A DNA stretch of 64,000 nt, taken from positions 8,364 to 72,363 of the forward strand of contig JAEOSU010000048.1 in the NCBI GenBank assembly GCA_016840165.1. The letters are read 5' to 3'. Positions 56,152 through 64,000 of the stretch are shown one piece after another. Source of the DNA: Promethearchaeota archaeon. GTDB lineage: Archaea; Asgardarchaeota; Lokiarchaeia; Sigyniarchaeales; SOKP01. Every line of letters begins with the position of its first letter. Positions within the stretch are counted from its first letter, which is position 1. Made by a program: the position numbers and the translations under genes. The notes under the pieces were generated by a model, which saw nothing but the letters and a program-made list of their open reading frames with translations, did no database searches and was not told where the DNA came from.

Positions 56152-58188
56152 ATGGTGTTAAAAGTTAAAGAGGGGATGACTCCGCAAGAAATAGAAGAGT
56201 TCACATCTCATGCATTATTAGAAATGACTTTGAAGGAAAAAGTACATTTAATGTCAGGGTATGATTTCTATAAAATTTTTTTAAAAGATAGAGGTAAAGG
56301 AAGGAGCGTAATACCTGGAGGAGGGCTTGAAAGACTTGATATTCCTCCCTTTCGATTCATTGATGGTCCACGAGGGGTTGTAATTCCAGGTTCTACATGT
56401 TTTCCCGTCTCAATGGCACGAGGGGCTAGTTGGGATATAACGCTTGAGGAAGAAATCGGTGAAGTAATAGGGAAGGAAGTCCGAGCTCATGGGGGTAATC
56501 TTTATGGGGCTCCATGTATCAATCTCCTACGTCATCCTGCATGGGGACGAGCCCAAGAAACATATGGAGAAGATCCATATCATCTCGGCGAATTAGGTTC
56601 GGCATTATCTCGGGGAGTACAAAAACATAATGTAATGGCAACTATAAAACATTTTGCCGCAAATAGTATTGAGTATTCCCGGTTTAAAGTTAACGTGGTG
56701 ATGAATGAACGCACTCTTCGAGAAGTATATCTTCCCCATTTCAAGAAATGTATTGAAAATGGATGTGCGACGGTAATGAGTGCATATAATAAAATAAATG
56801 ATAAATATTGCGGACATAATGCTCATCTATTAAGGGAAATTCTTAAGGGAGACTGGCAGTTTAAAGGTTATGTCCATTCTGATTGGATGGATGGACTATA
56901 TGATACGGTCGCTGGTATAAAAGGGGGATTGGACGTCGAGATGCCTCGAGCGAAGCATTATGGAAAAAAATTAATAAAAGCAGTGGAGAAAGGTGAGGTA
57001 TCAATTGATCTTATCGATGATGCCGCACGTAGGATAATATGGACTGTGCTTCGCTACACTACAAAAGTTGATCTACAGCAATATCCTCCAGATTTAGTTG
57101 GTTGTGAGGAACATATAAACCTTTCGCGTAAGGTAGCAGAAAAAAGTATGGTATTGCTTAAAAATTCGAATAATTTACTCCCATTAGAAATGAATACCCT
57201 CAAAAAATTAGCAATCTTCGGAAGATTAGCGGATTTAAAAAATACGGGGGATCATGGAAGTAGCCAAGTGCATCAAGATAATATCATCACTCCATTACAA
57301 GGAATTAAAAGATTTGTTGAGGATAAAGTTGAAATAATATATAATGATGGAAAGGATCTAGAAGAAATAAAAAATCTAAGTAAAAATGCTAACGCGGTGA
57401 TTGCTGTTGTGGGCTACACATTCCGTGATGAAGGAGAGTATGTCCGCCAGTTTATACGAAAGGCAGGAGATCGAGAGAGTTTAAAACTAAAGGAACGTGA
57501 TAAAAATCTCATTCTAGCTGCTTCTGAACAAAACTCAAATGTTATTGTTGTGATTGTCGGAGGGAGCGCCGTCATTTTGGAACAATGGATAGATAATGTT
57601 AAAGCGATTTTGATGGCGTGGTACCCCGGAATGGAGGGAGGGACTGCTCTTGCAGAAATAATATTTGGTAAAGTTAATCCCAGTGGAAAACTGCCGTTTA
57701 CAATTCCAAAAAATGAGTCCGATTTACCGTTTTTTAAAACTCATATAGATGAGATTGAATATGGATATTATCACGGCTATACATTAATGGAAAAGAAAGG
57801 AATTGTCCCTCGATTTCCATTTGGTTTCGGGTTAAGTTATACACAATATGAATATAGCAATTTAATAGTTAACACCTCTGAGGATAGTATAAAAGTATCC
57901 ATCGATGTTTCTAATATTGGAAAGATGCCAGGTGAGGAAGTAGTTCAAGTTTATGTGGGATTTGAGCAATCAAATATAGATAGACCTAAGAAACTCCTCA
58001 AGGGATTCAGAAAGGTCTTTTTAAACTCAAATCAAACACAGAAAATATCTATTGAAATTCCTAAAGAGGAGCTTGGGTGGTATAATCCTGAAACAAAGAT
58101 GTGGGAAATAGAAGATATTAAGTACACTATATACGTAGGAAGCTCCTCTAAAGAAGAGGACTTAATCTCGACAGAAATAATATTTTAG
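56152..58188 (+). CDS. GH3 beta-glucosidase (no signal peptide)
   Basis: DGPRGV, WGRAQETYGEDP, KHFAAN, SDW nucleophile, FPFGFGLSYT, FnIII tail. Confidence 0.93.
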   Translation: MVLKVKEGMTPQEIEEFTSHALLEMTLKEKVHLMSGYDFYKIFLKDRGKGRSVIPGGGLERLDIPPFRFIDGPRGVVIPGSTCFPVSMARGASWDITLEEEIGEVIGKEVRAHGGNLYGAPCINLLRHPAWGRAQETYGEDPYHLGELGSALSRGVQKHNVMATIKHFAANSIEYSRFKVNVVMNERTLREVYLPHFKKCIENGCATVMSAYNKINDKYCGHNAHLLREILKGDWQFKGYVHSDWMDGLYDTVAGIKGGLDVEMPRAKHYGKKLIKAVEKGEVSIDLIDDAARRIIWTVLRYTTKVDLQQYPPDLVGCEEHINLSRKVAEKSMVLLKNSNNLLPLEMNTLKKLAIFGRLADLKNTGDHGSSQVHQDNIITPLQGIKRFVEDKVEIIYNDGKDLEEIKNLSKNANAVIAVVGYTFRDEGEYVRQFIRKAGDRESLKLKERDKNLILAASEQNSNVIVVIVGGSAVILEQWIDNVKAILMAWYPGMEGGTALAEIIFGKVNPSGKLPFTIPKNESDLPFFKTHIDEIEYGYYHGYTLMEKKGIVPRFPFGFGLSYTQYEYSNLIVNTSEDSIKVSIDVSNIGKMPGEEVVQVYVGFEQSNIDRPKKLLKGFRKVFLNSNQTQKISIEIPKEELGWYNPETKMWEIEDIKYTIYVGSSSKEEDLISTEIIF

Positions 58189-58206
58189 AATTAAGGAATT
58201 TAATCC

Positions 58207-59634
58207 TTAAAGTGAATTCATCCACTTAGGATCGATTTCATCAAGAGCATTCTCAATATGTTTACGAACATCAAAGTTATCATCACCTAAAGCGTTGATT
58301 AAGAATGGTAGGGCATTTCTGTCTTTAATTTTTCCTAATGCTTTTGCTGCAGAAGAACGGATTCGGGGATCTTTATCCTTTAAAAGAGGGGGGATCATTC
58401 TCAGGATCATCTCGCTTTTAATATTTCCAAGGGCTTTGATCGCCCAACTTCGAACATATATGTCTTCATCATTAAGGCATTGAATAAGAGGCTCAATTAC
58501 AGCATCAGTCTCGATTTTAAATAGAATATGGACCACTGCTCTGCGAACTCGCCAATCAGGATCATTTAAATGTAGCATGGCATTTTGAATCACTTCGGAG
58601 GTACCTATTGCGGATAAAGCATTGGTAGCCGCTCGACGTACTCCACTTTTTTTATCGTTTAAGAGGTCAAATAAGTTTGGAATAGAATCTACATGGTGAA
58701 ATTTGCCTAAAATCTTAGCGCAATATTTACGAACTTGCCATTCTTTTGCAGATAATCCAGTAATAATCCCATCGTCCATATGATCATTTTTTTTAGCAAT
58801 TCGGATAAGTGCTTTAAAAGTGTTATTTCTTATCTTTGCATCTCTACTGTTTAAGTTTTTAATTAATTTAGATGACGATTTTGGATTCTTTAGCAACCCA
58901 AGTAACTTTATAATTTCTCTCCTCAGTTCTATATCTCTCTTATTTAGCAAAGGATACAGTATGGTCAAATTATCGTGTTTTTTTAAAATTTTATAAAGCG
59001 TACCGAGAGTTACATCCCTCAACTCAGAATTATCACTTTTTAATAGAGGTAAAAGAGGTTTAACCGTTTCCTTGCTCCCGATATGGCCTAAAGCTTGAAC
59101 TGCTTCTATTTGTACTTCTATATTTTTATCGTCTATCATTGTGGTTATTACTTCAAGATGAGTTCTACCCGCAACCTTCTCTAGTGCAGATATGGCATTT
59201 TTCCTTACTAAAGCATTCTTATCTTGAAGAAGTTTTATAAGACTCTCGGTTGAATTCTTATCCTTAAGTTGTCCTAATATTAAAGCAATAGATTTTTTAA
59301 TGTTGAAATTCTCATTATTGATATAAGCAAGTACTTGATTCAAATTAACATTTTTTACTAGTTTAACAATGTTAGAAATTAAATCATCATAAATCTCTAA
59401 TCGGAATTGAGTAAGATCAATTAGTGGTTCCAAAGCTTCTTCTACTCCTTCATTGCATAGATAATTAATCGCTATTGCTTTATTTTCTATGATGGGATCC
59501 TTTAAAGCTTCTAAATATAGAGGGATAACCCTTGATTTTGCTTCATTTTGAAAAGTGAGTAACATCTCTTTTCTCATTACTCCGTTTTTCTCATGAAGAT
59601 ACTGCGAAACAAATTCATTTTGATGGAGAGTCAT
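58207..59634 (-). CDS. HEAT/PBS-lyase-like repeat protein
   Basis: About a dozen ~31-aa repeats of L...L.D....VR..A..ALG. Confidence 0.9.
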   Translation of the reverse strand: MTLHQNEFVSQYLHEKNGVMRKEMLLTFQNEAKSRVIPLYLEALKDPIIENKAIAINYLCNEGVEEALEPLIDLTQFRLEIYDDLISNIVKLVKNVNLNQVLAYINNENFNIKKSIALILGQLKDKNSTESLIKLLQDKNALVRKNAISALEKVAGRTHLEVITTMIDDKNIEVQIEAVQALGHIGSKETVKPLLPLLKSDNSELRDVTLGTLYKILKKHDNLTILYPLLNKRDIELRREIIKLLGLLKNPKSSSKLIKNLNSRDAKIRNNTFKALIRIAKKNDHMDDGIITGLSAKEWQVRKYCAKILGKFHHVDSIPNLFDLLNDKKSGVRRAATNALSAIGTSEVIQNAMLHLNDPDWRVRRAVVHILFKIETDAVIEPLIQCLNDEDIYVRSWAIKALGNIKSEMILRMIPPLLKDKDPRIRSSAAKALGKIKDRNALPFLINALGDDNFDVRKHIENALDEIDPKWMNSL

Positions 59635-59730
59635 ACGATATAGTACCTGACACTTGAGTTAAATTACATCAGTAAAAAAGAAGTAAAAGTAAATCTATTT
59701 AATTTTATCAAAAAGCAAAAGTAAAATTGC

Positions 59731-61152
59731 TTAAATACTTGCTAACCATGAATTTAAGCTATTAATGATGGGGGGTCCAAAAATAATCAATAATGTAATA
59801 AGTGCTATACAAATTACTGAAGAGATGATTGTGGTTATTTTTTTTGAAGCTCCTTTATGCAGATGTTTTGTATGAGTAAATCTTTCAACCTTTTTGAGAT
59901 TAAAGTAACTTTCATTTCCTTTATTTGTCAATTCCAATTTGAAATTCGAATTTTTTATATATCCCCCCTCAATTAAGGTATCTAAATATTTAGCTGCGAC
60001 TTTTCCTTCCAAATCACTATAAAAAAAGTCAGCAAAACCATTATAGAATTTTCGACCAAGGTTTAGCCCTTCTTCAAATTTTTGCAGTAAAGTTTCTCGA
60101 TCCAATGATTCTCTAGCGACATTAGCCAAAAGATATCCGGTAAGTTTATTGTCATAGAGGTTATCTGCAAAAATTTTAATCATTGAAAGATCAAATTCTT
60201 CACGTTTCTGTATGATTTCAACCAGAATTTCAATTCCTTCTTTTGACACGATGATAGCAATTATGATCGCAATAATAGCATCAACGAAATATATGTTAAA
60301 AATGGCAAAGGTCAGCCCGATCATAACACCTGTAGATATCAGCATATTTAGCTTAGAATCTTTTGAATCACTAATTAAAGATAAATTACCCGATGTTTTT
60401 CCTACTAACCCTTTTAAGAACATTAATCCCAGATTGAGAAGAATAGATAAGATTACAATAATATATCCTTGAACGGTTGGAAAGATATCCGAGGGAAATA
60501 ATAAAGCTTCAATACTAGTCCAGATTAGGCTTATTCCAGTAAGGAGCATCATCACTAATATGATTATACTCGCGAGTTTATCTTTTTTTAATTGTAAGCT
60601 AACGATTACAATAATACCTACTTTAATAAGATCGGTAAGATTTTCAAATCCGTCTGTAATCATTCCTTGTGATGAAATCTGCAGACCGATAGCAATTTTT
60701 AAAGTCGATAGAATTATTAAAAATAGAGCAGTAATAGCCATGACTGCCTTTTCGCTCAAAAACTTCTTTAACCAATAAGATTCATGTTGTATTTCGAGAT
60801 AACAACTCTCAACATAAATTCGACCTTCCTTTGTCAATGAAAGAACGGAATTTTCGGTAATTTGAACATATTTTTTTGATAGTGTTATACTAAGATATTC
60901 ATCCACATTTTTTTCAGTAATCACGAGCTGTCTCATTGTCGTTGTAAACATATATCGCATTTGCTTTTTTATTTCTTCTAAATTGGTGGTCCCATCATAA
61001 ATTAAGGCTAAAAATGAATATAAAAAATCATCTTGGGGCCCTCCACCACTAGGATACAACTCTTTCTGTGATTTTAAACCCATCTCATGAAAATGTTTTG
61101 AATTTCTGACGGTAGGAAACTGTGATTTTAAAAGTTCTAAGCCCATAAGCAC
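59731..61152 (-). CDS. Cation diffusion facilitator-like membrane protein flanked by winged-helix-like domains (paralog 2)
   Basis: Colinear with 26167..27570 (FLY.FL.L.Y.G, ENLTDLIK, SDSKD, YFVDAI, ADNLY, GFADFFY). Confidence 0.7.
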   Translation of the reverse strand: MLMGLELLKSQFPTVRNSKHFHEMGLKSQKELYPSGGGPQDDFLYSFLALIYDGTTNLEEIKKQMRYMFTTTMRQLVITEKNVDEYLSITLSKKYVQITENSVLSLTKEGRIYVESCYLEIQHESYWLKKFLSEKAVMAITALFLIILSTLKIAIGLQISSQGMITDGFENLTDLIKVGIIVIVSLQLKKDKLASIIILVMMLLTGISLIWTSIEALLFPSDIFPTVQGYIIVILSILLNLGLMFLKGLVGKTSGNLSLISDSKDSKLNMLISTGVMIGLTFAIFNIYFVDAIIAIIIAIIVSKEGIEILVEIIQKREEFDLSMIKIFADNLYDNKLTGYLLANVARESLDRETLLQKFEEGLNLGRKFYNGFADFFYSDLEGKVAAKYLDTLIEGGYIKNSNFKLELTNKGNESYFNLKKVERFTHTKHLHKGASKKITTIISSVICIALITLLIIFGPPIINSLNSWLASI

Positions 61153-61480
61153 ATCAATTTATAAAAATATACAATAAATTAATTATTTTTTAAGAAAGAA
61201 TATTTATTTTTAAATAATTAGGAGTCACTAATTTGTTTAACAATAAATTCCATAAAAAGTGGTTAATTAGAAGATACTTTAATTATTAATGCTAAAAAGA
61301 AATATAACGAAGATTTAATGGGATATTTATATGTCTTCATACTATAAAATTAGACTTAATCGGTAAAAATACTGTATCTGCGAAGATAGATGAATAATAT
61401 TATGAAAGTTCAACCAATAAGTTATAAAATCAGCTGAAATTATTGATCTCTGAGAAAAATTAATTGGAAAAAGTGAGTTT

Positions 61481-61915
61481 TTGGTTAATGGAATACAATC
61501 GCTATTAGAAAAATATGAACATAAGGGAAAATGTGGTATCTTTTTCAATTTGAATGAAATTAAAAATCCGCTTGATATTATCGGGGTATTAGATCTTTTA
61601 AAGTATAAAATCCAAAACTGGGGCAATACTAATCTCTATAGTTATGAAGGAACGTTATTTGATTGCAATATTATCATTATTGTAGGTTCGAAGAGTATTG
61701 ATGAGGCTATAACTATTAGTATATTTGTATATTTATCACGATTGATTGCTGAAGATCCTAAGATATTAAAAAATATCCCAGTTTTTGAAAATATAGGCTC
61801 AATAGAGAGAATTCTCAAAAAAGAATTTGAATTAAATATGAAAAAGGGGTATCCAAATAACCCCCATCTGGAGAAAAAATTGAAACTGCATTTGGAGAAG
61901 CTCTTAAAAAAATGA
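61481..61915 (+). CDS. Hypothetical protein
   Basis: 144-aa ORF; no motif recognised. Confidence 0.55.
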   Translation: MVNGIQSLLEKYEHKGKCGIFFNLNEIKNPLDIIGVLDLLKYKIQNWGNTNLYSYEGTLFDCNIIIIVGSKSIDEAITISIFVYLSRLIAEDPKILKNIPVFENIGSIERILKKEFELNMKKGYPNNPHLEKKLKLHLEKLLKK

Positions 61916-61934
61916 CTTTCGGACAGTAAAATTT

Positions 61935-62381
61935 TCACGGATTAGGGATTAAACATCTTTCTAGCTGTCCAAAAACAATTTCATTGATAGTTTTTTTAAT
62001 ATACGTTTCAAAAGATTTGTATTTCCTGACATCTGTACCGTTACATTTTGACATAATATCATGATACTTTGATAAAAACATATCAGTGAAAAACTCTAAT
62101 TCTCGGTGGGCACGTGTTTCACTAACAATGGATCGAGAAATGCCAATGAACTCAAGCTCTTCTTTTAAAATGAAGGTGATACGATATTTTCTCCCTTCAA
62201 TGGAAAGCAACTCATCTTCTAATGAAAGATTATAAAATCCTTTTATTGCTTCTAAAAAACCCCCGAAAATGACCTCGTCAGTGATTATCTCTGAGGCTGT
62301 ACTAAATATGACTTTTCCTCCATCTTTAATGATTAAAAAATCTTGAAGATATTCCACCACTTCTCTAAAGCCTACCGACAA
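61935..62381 (-). CDS. Longin-like domain protein
   Basis: FLIIKDGGKVIFS hairpin, DEVIFGGFLEAIKGF helix, C-terminal DVRKYKSF as in 7999..8412. Confidence 0.65.
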   Translation of the reverse strand: MSVGFREVVEYLQDFLIIKDGGKVIFSTASEIITDEVIFGGFLEAIKGFYNLSLEDELLSIEGRKYRITFILKEELEFIGISRSIVSETRAHRELEFFTDMFLSKYHDIMSKCNGTDVRKYKSFETYIKKTINEIVFGQLERCLIPNP

Positions 62382-62494
62382 TAATTCAATGAAATAGATA
62401 TTAAGAAGTTAATAAATTTCTATTTAAATATAAGTAATATCCAAGCCTTTATCAAACTCATTCTTAAATATAAGTTACACTCTATTAAAATAAT

Positions 62495-62737
62495 ATGAAC
62501 AGATGTCAGTATTGCCATAAACCAGTTTCAGAGAATCAAATAATTTGCATGAATTGTGGATCTCAAATTAAACCTCTTCAAATTAAGCGAAGATTTTTTG
62601 GAGTGAAGCGCAATGTTTACTTGTTTATTCATCATAATGCAATTCCAGAAAAGGTGTTATTAAGTGAAAAAGAGGATCTTCACAGAGAAGGTTTCACCCT
62701 TCCAAATGGGAATATGACATTAGACCATTGGCTTTAG
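62495..62737 (+). CDS. Zinc-ribbon domain protein
   Basis: CQYC...CMNCG. Confidence 0.6.
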   Translation: MNRCQYCHKPVSENQIICMNCGSQIKPLQIKRRFFGVKRNVYLFIHHNAIPEKVLLSEKEDLHREGFTLPNGNMTLDHWL

Positions 62738-62821
62738 AAAAATATACAAAATTATAATCTAATACCTTTTATTTACCCAATATTTTTAGTCCATAAGTAA
62801 AATTAATCGTAATCTTCCATA

Positions 62822-64000
62822 ATGTATAGCCCAAATAAGAATAAAATCATAGGAAAACTAAGAAGCGGATACACACCAATCGAAATTACTCCAAACAAAG
62901 CATTATCTTCTACATTTAAGAATATATTTAAACCACTAATCAAAAGGAAAGATTTGGATTTCTTTTTTGAATTATATAATATGAATGACATAAATTTAAA
63001 GGCATGGAGTTTTTTGGGAATATATCATATTTTAGAAAATAAGACAGATATTAAGGATGAGAATAAGGATAAGCTCCATTCACTAGTATTAGATTTACTA
63101 AATGAAAAAAGTGAAGTTACTTATTATGGAGGATCGGTAGAGACTCGAGCTACATTAAGAGAACATCATGTAACGAGATTAGTCGAGTTAGAGAATTCTT
63201 TAATATTTGAAGCTGTTTTGGAGTACTGCAATTCGTTTAAAGGAAGCCCTGATGGTGTGATCATGGAGCTCGTAGAACACGTTTTGTCTTATTCTTCCGA
63301 AAAATCCATAGAAGATATGATACTACACTTCTCAGAATCAATAGGAAGTGATGAAATCGGTAAAAAAATTTCATTAATGAATAGTTTCGGGAATTTATAT
63401 AAAAAAGTAGCTCTACAGCGAAAAGCAGAGATTACTAATTTATTTAAGGAATATTTAGAATATCCAAAAGATAAGGAAAAAAATAATTTACCTAAAAAAC
63501 GGAAATTAGAAGAACTCATTTTTAAAGTTGGAGCACTATTAGAGTTAGACCTTGAAGAAGAAACCTTAACGTTTGTAGATTCATTAAAATATCCTTTGGA
63601 TTCTTTAGATACTATTGCTTCGAGATATAAAAATAATCAAAAATTTCGAGCAATACTTTTAAAAAAGTTACAAGAGAGCGAAAATCCCCATTTCATAGTG
63701 GAATTACTCAAGGCAATTTTGGTTTCAAAAGATGAGATTCCTAAATGGGAAGATTTGGTTATTGATAATGTTACAAAATATCACCTTTCCGATGGAGATC
63801 TTATAACAGCCATGCAAAATTCGGGATTAATCAGTGAAGAAATGATGCTCTCCTTCCTAAATAAAGCTAGTGAATGGTCTTTAAAGTTTTTGAGAGATTA
63901 TCTTATACAATACCCCGAGAGATTGGATGATTGGGGGAATTTAAATAAAACACTAATTGATATATTACAATCATATAATAATCCAAAAAAGGACTTAAGT
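62822..64000 (+). CDS. Hypothetical alpha-helical protein, truncated at window end (>=393 aa), not in ORF track
   Basis: Manual translation from ATG 62822 (MYSPNKNKIIGK...LKAWSFLGIYHIL...) stays open to 64000. Confidence 0.7.
   Translation, partial: MYSPNKNKIIGKLRSGYTPIEITPNKALSSTFKNIFKPLIKRKDLDFFFELYNMNDINLKAWSFLGIYHILENKTDIKDENKDKLHSLVLDLLNEKSEVTYYGGSVETRATLREHHVTRLVELENSLIFEAVLEYCNSFKGSPDGVIMELVEHVLSYSSEKSIEDMILHFSESIGSDEIGKKISLMNSFGNLYKKVALQRKAEITNLFKEYLEYPKDKEKNNLPKKRKLEELIFKVGALLELDLEEETLTFVDSLKYPLDSLDTIASRYKNNQKFRAILLKKLQESENPHFIVELLKAILVSKDEIPKWEDLVIDNVTKYHLSDGDLITAMQNSGLISEEMMLSFLNKASEWSLKFLRDYLIQYPERLDDWGNLNKTLIDILQSYNNPKKDLS

Noticed and set aside
4341-63519. Numerous short ORFs nested in or antisense to long genes (e.g. 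4341, 4940, 8180, 9944, 10086, 11416, 18663, 26541, 32508, 33066, 34355, 55084, 60212, 61642, 62803, 63289)
   Set aside because: Shadow ORFs of well-supported genes with no recognisable motifs.
1-64000. tRNA/rRNA genes, CRISPR arrays, IS elements, selenoprotein UGA read-through
   Set aside because: By eye I saw no GC-rich structured RNA tracts, regularly spaced repeats or transposase motifs, and the UGA stops I checked are not followed by conserved in-frame continuation. A covariance-model scan would be needed to exclude small RNAs.

Overview
AT-rich, gene-dense archaeal chromosomal DNA, most likely from an Asgard archaeon (Lokiarchaeia-like). The basis is archaeal information genes (TFB, Rpo7/Spt4/Rpo10, eS6, eL24, L7Ae, eS28, eS24, eS31, Kae1/Bud32, archaeal-type ProRS) alongside eukaryotic-signature proteins (a Rab-like GTPase, two Roadblock/LC7 proteins, several longin-like domains, a gelsolin-like protein). 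Metabolic genes include a GlpA-like three-gene operon, LarA, GH57, GH3, Fae-Hps, a HypD-type glycyl radical enzyme and several peptidases. I saw no rRNA, tRNA, CRISPR array or transposase. The main finding is absent from the ORF track because it runs off the left edge: a >=760-aa minus-strand ORF (2281 to <1). It encodes a compact EF-G/EF-2-like translational GTPase (G domain plus domains II-V) fused to a YqgF/Tex-type RNase H-fold nuclease domain, 10 nt downstream of a dual-specificity phosphatase gene. Other points of interest are an MFS-longin fusion next to a Roadblock gene, a surface protein and a transmembrane transcription factor that share an ectodomain (the surface protein has an HFS autoproteolysis-like motif), two wHTH-flanked CDF-like paralogs, a TrmB-like protein with a ~500-aa coiled coil, an apparent ATT start codon on rpoE1, and a possible kink-turn over the L7Ae ribosome-binding site. 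All calls come from manual motif reading; no database search was run.
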